The notes beneath the pieces are model-generated. The model did no database searches, had not been told where the DNA came from, and saw only the letters and a program-made list of their open reading frames with translations. Positions 61,466-64,000 of a stretch of 64,000 nucleotides of DNA are shown piece by piece. Origin of the DNA: an uncultured virus (IMG/VR IMGVR_UViG_3300014204_000168) (lineage: Duplodnaviria; Heunggongvirae; Uroviricota; Caudoviricetes); IMG/VR virus record IMGVR_UViG_3300014204_000168, positions 1 to 64,000 of that record; one strand, written 5' to 3'. Position numbers and translations under genes: made by a program. Within the stretch, counting starts at the first letter, position 1. Each line of letters starts with the position of its first letter.

Positions 61466-62269
61466 ATGAATAAAGATAGATTTAAAGAATTATTGTCATT
61501 ACCGTCTTATACTGGTAGTGAACAATTAATAAGAGAGTTTATAGTAAACTTTGGATTCGATAATAACATTGTGGTCCATGTTGATGATATAGGTAATGTA
61601 TATCTAATAAAAGGAACATTAGATGAGGGTGAATATTATCCATGTATTGCAGCACATATGGACACTGTGTACCAACATCATCTTCCATTGATTGAAACTA
61701 ATAATAGATTGGTTATTATGGAATCGCAAATACCAAATACATTTGATAACACTATTAAAACTATATTATATGCAGAAAATAATGGTATTGGTGGTGATGA
61801 TAAATGTGGTATTGCTATATGTTTAGAATTAATATTAAAATGTGATAAATTAATTGCCGCATTTTTCGTTGAAGAAGAGTTTGGTTGTAAAGGTTCTAAA
61901 AATGCTGATAAAACTATATTAGATAAGGTAGGGTATTTCATAGAATTTGATGCACCAACAGATAATTGGTGTAGTGAATTTTGTTCCGGTATTAAACTAT
62001 ATAATGATGAAATGTTTGATTTAGTTAAACCGGTGTTTCAAAAATATAATGTAGATAATTTTAGTAACGACCCTTATACAGATGTTGCAATATTAAGATG
62101 TAATTTTGATGTATGTTGTTTAAACGTATTTGCTGGTTATTATAACCAACACTCTAATAAACGTGAATTTATTTTCATTGAAGATGTTGAAAAATCAATT
62201 GATATGGGTTATGAATTATTAACAACCGTTGGAAATAATAAAATGTTCTTTGAAAGAGCTAAAAGATAA
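61466..62269 (+). CDS. M20/M28-family zinc peptidase-like protein
   Basis: AHMDTV, GGDDKCG, EEEFGCKGS, EFD, YYNQHS. Confidence 0.8.
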   Translation: MNKDRFKELLSLPSYTGSEQLIREFIVNFGFDNNIVVHVDDIGNVYLIKGTLDEGEYYPCIAAHMDTVYQHHLPLIETNNRLVIMESQIPNTFDNTIKTILYAENNGIGGDDKCGIAICLELILKCDKLIAAFFVEEEFGCKGSKNADKTILDKVGYFIEFDAPTDNWCSEFCSGIKLYNDEMFDLVKPVFQKYNVDNFSNDPYTDVAILRCNFDVCCLNVFAGYYNQHSNKREFIFIEDVEKSIDMGYELLTTVGNNKMFFERAKR

Positions 62270-62270
62270 T

Positions 62271-62516
62271 ATGAAACTATTTTTATATAAAATATATAAA
62301 TTATTAACTGGTAATAAACCAATATTTCATCTTATAATACCAAATGAAGATAGTAAACCTATCATTGTAAAAGAATATGTTAAATTTAAAGTATCACCGG
62401 TAATAGATGATAAAATATACTTTGATGTTAATGGTCCTTTTTATAAAGTCACTGGTATTACACATAATATCAATACATTTCATGTTATTTGGGTTTCAGT
62501 TGAAAAAATAATTTAA
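62271..62516 (+). CDS. Small hypothetical protein
   Basis: ATG 1 nt after upstream stop. Confidence 0.55.
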   Translation: MKLFLYKIYKLLTGNKPIFHLIIPNEDSKPIIVKEYVKFKVSPVIDDKIYFDVNGPFYKVTGITHNINTFHVIWVSVEKII

Positions 62517-62636
62517 AAATAATTACTAAAAACCTTGACAAGTTAAAAAATTTTTAGTAATTTTGCAGTGTACTTAGATTTTAACGATTAATGTTATATT
62601 TATAAAGTACAAAAAGTTCATTGATTAATAAAAAAG

Positions 62637-62903
62637 GTGTAAGGAATGATTACCGCAAATTAAAAATTACACAAATATGAAAAGCAAATGAGAGGTTTGA
62701 TTATAGTCCTCTTAACTATTAAGAAACAAGAAGGTTAAAAACTTCTCCTTAATATGAAGAAAAAAAAAGGTAATCTCACTATGAAAGTGGCTAAATATTC
62801 CCAGTTTAAAACATTGGTTAAATAGTTTGGTATTCAGATAGAGTTAATCCCAGTACTAGGTATATGAGAACTTAAATCGTAACGTTTACCGTCATTCCGT
62901 CAC
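62637..62903 (+). ncRNA. Putative structured RNA, motif copy B (long interior)
   Basis: GGAATGA/TCATTCC closing stem followed by TTACCGCAA; several internal hairpins; both promoter types upstream. Confidence 0.5.
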
Positions 62904-62916
62904 AAAATATAAATAA

Positions 62917-62977
62917 AGGAAGAGTTCAGCAATTAAAAAAAATTAAAATTGAAAATTTAACTTAAAAGTTCTTCCTG
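62917..62977 (+). ncRNA. Putative structured RNA, motif copy C
   Basis: AGGAAGA-GTTCAGCAA ... TCTTCCT-G. Confidence 0.55.
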
Positions 62978-62983
62978 TTTTTT

Positions 62984-63048
62984 GCCCTTGTATTATTTGT
63001 ATGTAACAATACGAGATAATATTGGTGATTCATTATCACCCAAGGGCA
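62984..63048 (+). ncRNA. D-armless tRNA-like RNA 1
   Basis: GCCCTTG/CAAGGGC-A acceptor; one long hairpin; T arm GGTGA-TTCATTA-TCACC. Confidence 0.55.
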
Positions 63049-63115
63049 CATATAAATCCTAACTGGTTCACTGGATATAAGTTATTAACTTATGTTCACA
63101 CAGTAGGTAAAAATT

Positions 63116-63189
63116 TGCGAGGTGGTAGCAGTTGGTAGCTCGTTAGGCTCATAACCTAAAGGTCAGTGGTTCGAGTCCACTCTTCGCTA
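63116..63189 (+). tRNA. tRNA-Met(CAT), initiator-like
   Basis: Cloverleaf; TTAGG-CTCATAA-CCTAA; TTCGAGT T loop; 1:72 mismatch; CCA not encoded. Confidence 0.9.
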
Positions 63190-63249
63190 CAACAATCCTC
63201 CCCATGCCTATCCTTTGGAAGCACACTTTGGGGAGCTTATAAAATATAT

Positions 63250-63333
63250 CGTGGGGTGGTGTAAGGGTAACATTCTTGGCTCATAACCAAGAGACAGTTA
63301 ATGCTAGTATAGGTTCGAATCCTGTCTCCGCAA
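63250..63333 (+). tRNA. tRNA-Met(CAT), initiator-like, with long variable region
   Basis: C1:A72; CTTGG-CTCATAA-CCAAG; 17-nt variable region; ATAGG-TTCGAAT-CCTGT. Confidence 0.8.
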
Positions 63334-63338
63334 CAAAT

Positions 63339-63389
63339 GGAAGTGTACGTAGAGAGTACGTAATATTGGAGCAATACCAATCACTTCCA
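63339..63389 (+). ncRNA. D-armless tRNA-like RNA 2
   Basis: GGAAGTG/CACTTCC-A-CAA; TACGT-AGAGAGT-ACGTA; ATTGG-AGCAATA-CCAAT. Confidence 0.55.
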
Positions 63390-63397
63390 CAAAATAA

Positions 63398-63449
63398 AGG
63401 AAGAGTTCAGCAATTAAATTCTATGGTTAAGAAAAAAAAGTTCTTCCTG
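63398..63449 (+). ncRNA. Putative structured RNA, motif copy D
   Basis: Same ends as copy C with a different interior. Confidence 0.55.
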
Positions 63450-63466
63450 TTTTTTAAAATAAAAAT

Positions 63467-63553
63467 ATGACACCAGCTATTATAACGGGAATATGTATTG
63501 CAGCACCATATGTTATTGCATTTACAATATTGATAATAAATTCTAGACAATAA
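63467..63553 (+). CDS. 28-aa hydrophobic micropeptide
   Basis: MTPAIITGICIAAPYVIAFTILIINSRQ*; A-rich upstream like other starts. Confidence 0.4.
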   Translation: MTPAIITGICIAAPYVIAFTILIINSRQ

Positions 63554-63587
63554 TAACTGTATTAATAATTAATTAAAATTTCACCAA

Positions 63588-64000
63588 ATGAAAAAACTAT
63601 TTTTAGAACTTAGAGATGCTGAAGGCGGTGCCGATGCAAAACTGCTTGTAGGTGAAATGAAAAATATCTACACAAAAGCAGCCAGTATTAATAACTTTGA
63701 TTGTTCAACAGTTGAAGAAAGAAGTGGATTTGTCATGCTTTGCCTTTAGCGGTAAAGATGTAGAAAAGTATTTCCAAGAAGAAATCGGGTCACATAGATG
63801 GCAAAGAATACCACCAACTGAAAAGAGGGGTAGGATTCAAACTAGTTGTATAACCGTTGCTTTAATTCCAGAAGAAGAATATAATTTTAAATTAAACCGT
63901 GATGAGGTTAATCGCAAATACACTCGTAGTAGTGGTAAAGGTGGTCAACATAGAAATAAGGTTGAAACTTGTGTTGTATTAACTCATATACCTACAGGTA
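63588..64000 (+). CDS. RF1-type class I peptide release factor lacking domain 1, needing a +1 frameshift (3'-truncated by window edge)
   Basis: Frame 0: LELRDAEGG...FVMLCL* (TAG at 63747-63749); +1 frame: SGKDV..GSHRWQRIPPTEKRGRIQTS..SSGKGGQHRNKVET..HIPTG; absent from ORF track. Confidence 0.9.

Noticed and set aside
1377..61941. Many short minus-strand ORFs in the track (e.g. 1653-1979, 11701-12078, 38918-39475, 42650-43018, 57741-58123)
   Set aside because: Antisense shadows of well-supported + strand genes with no motifs or promoters of their own
63057..63237. Extra hairpins flanking the first tRNA (about 63058-63107 and 63198-63235) as separate RNA genes
   Set aside because: Stems are visible but have no recognisable motif or second copy; may be processing spacers
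62911..63455. CRISPR array from the repeated AAATAAAGGAAGAGTTCAGCAATTAAA
   Set aside because: Only two exact copies about 480 nt apart, separated by tRNAs, each paired with a downstream complementary arm; no cas operon
63276..63470. 64-aa ORF in track
   Set aside because: Overlaps a tRNA and two structured RNA elements; TTG start inside the anticodon arm
1..64000. Alternative genetic code (TAG or TGA reassigned), suggested by the release factor and internal stops
   Set aside because: Long genes are intact in code 11, several genes end in TAG (3696, 14570, 56495, 59431), and reading through the release-factor TAG hits TAA two codons later

Overview
A 64 kb segment of a very AT-rich, large T4-like (myovirus-type, probably jumbo) phage in the standard genetic code, almost all on the + strand. 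At least 11 promoters of the form TTG-N20-TAnnTTTG, plus Bacteroidota-like nrdJ, Hc1 and tmRNA features, point to a Bacteroidota host. In order: replication and recombination genes (SSB tail, RecA, 5'-3' exonuclease, DnaB-like helicase, class II RNR); a baseplate/tail block (gp25, gp6 and large virion proteins); RuvC-like resolvase, primase, nucleases, SbcCD and a sigma factor; a probable lysis group; putative internal head proteins; then an RNA/protein quality-control island (RNase HII, Ro60/TROVE-like vWA protein, DnaJ, ClpP, SmpB, tmRNA, a tRNA/ncRNA cluster and a class I release factor). Five free-standing homing-endonuclease-like genes are interspersed. Strongest candidates for novelty: (1) an RF1-type (PxT) release factor interrupted by CTT-TAG-C that needs a +1 frameshift, an amber analogue of the prfB autoregulatory site; (2) small genes with a shared FGxGYK-like leader fused to fragments resembling capsid or tail proteins; (3) RNase HII split at its catalytic motif, with two alternative N-terminal peptides; (4) a four-copy structured RNA motif tied to the Ro60-like gene, plus two D-armless mini-tRNA-like RNAs. 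All protein family calls come from motif recognition by eye; no database searches were run.
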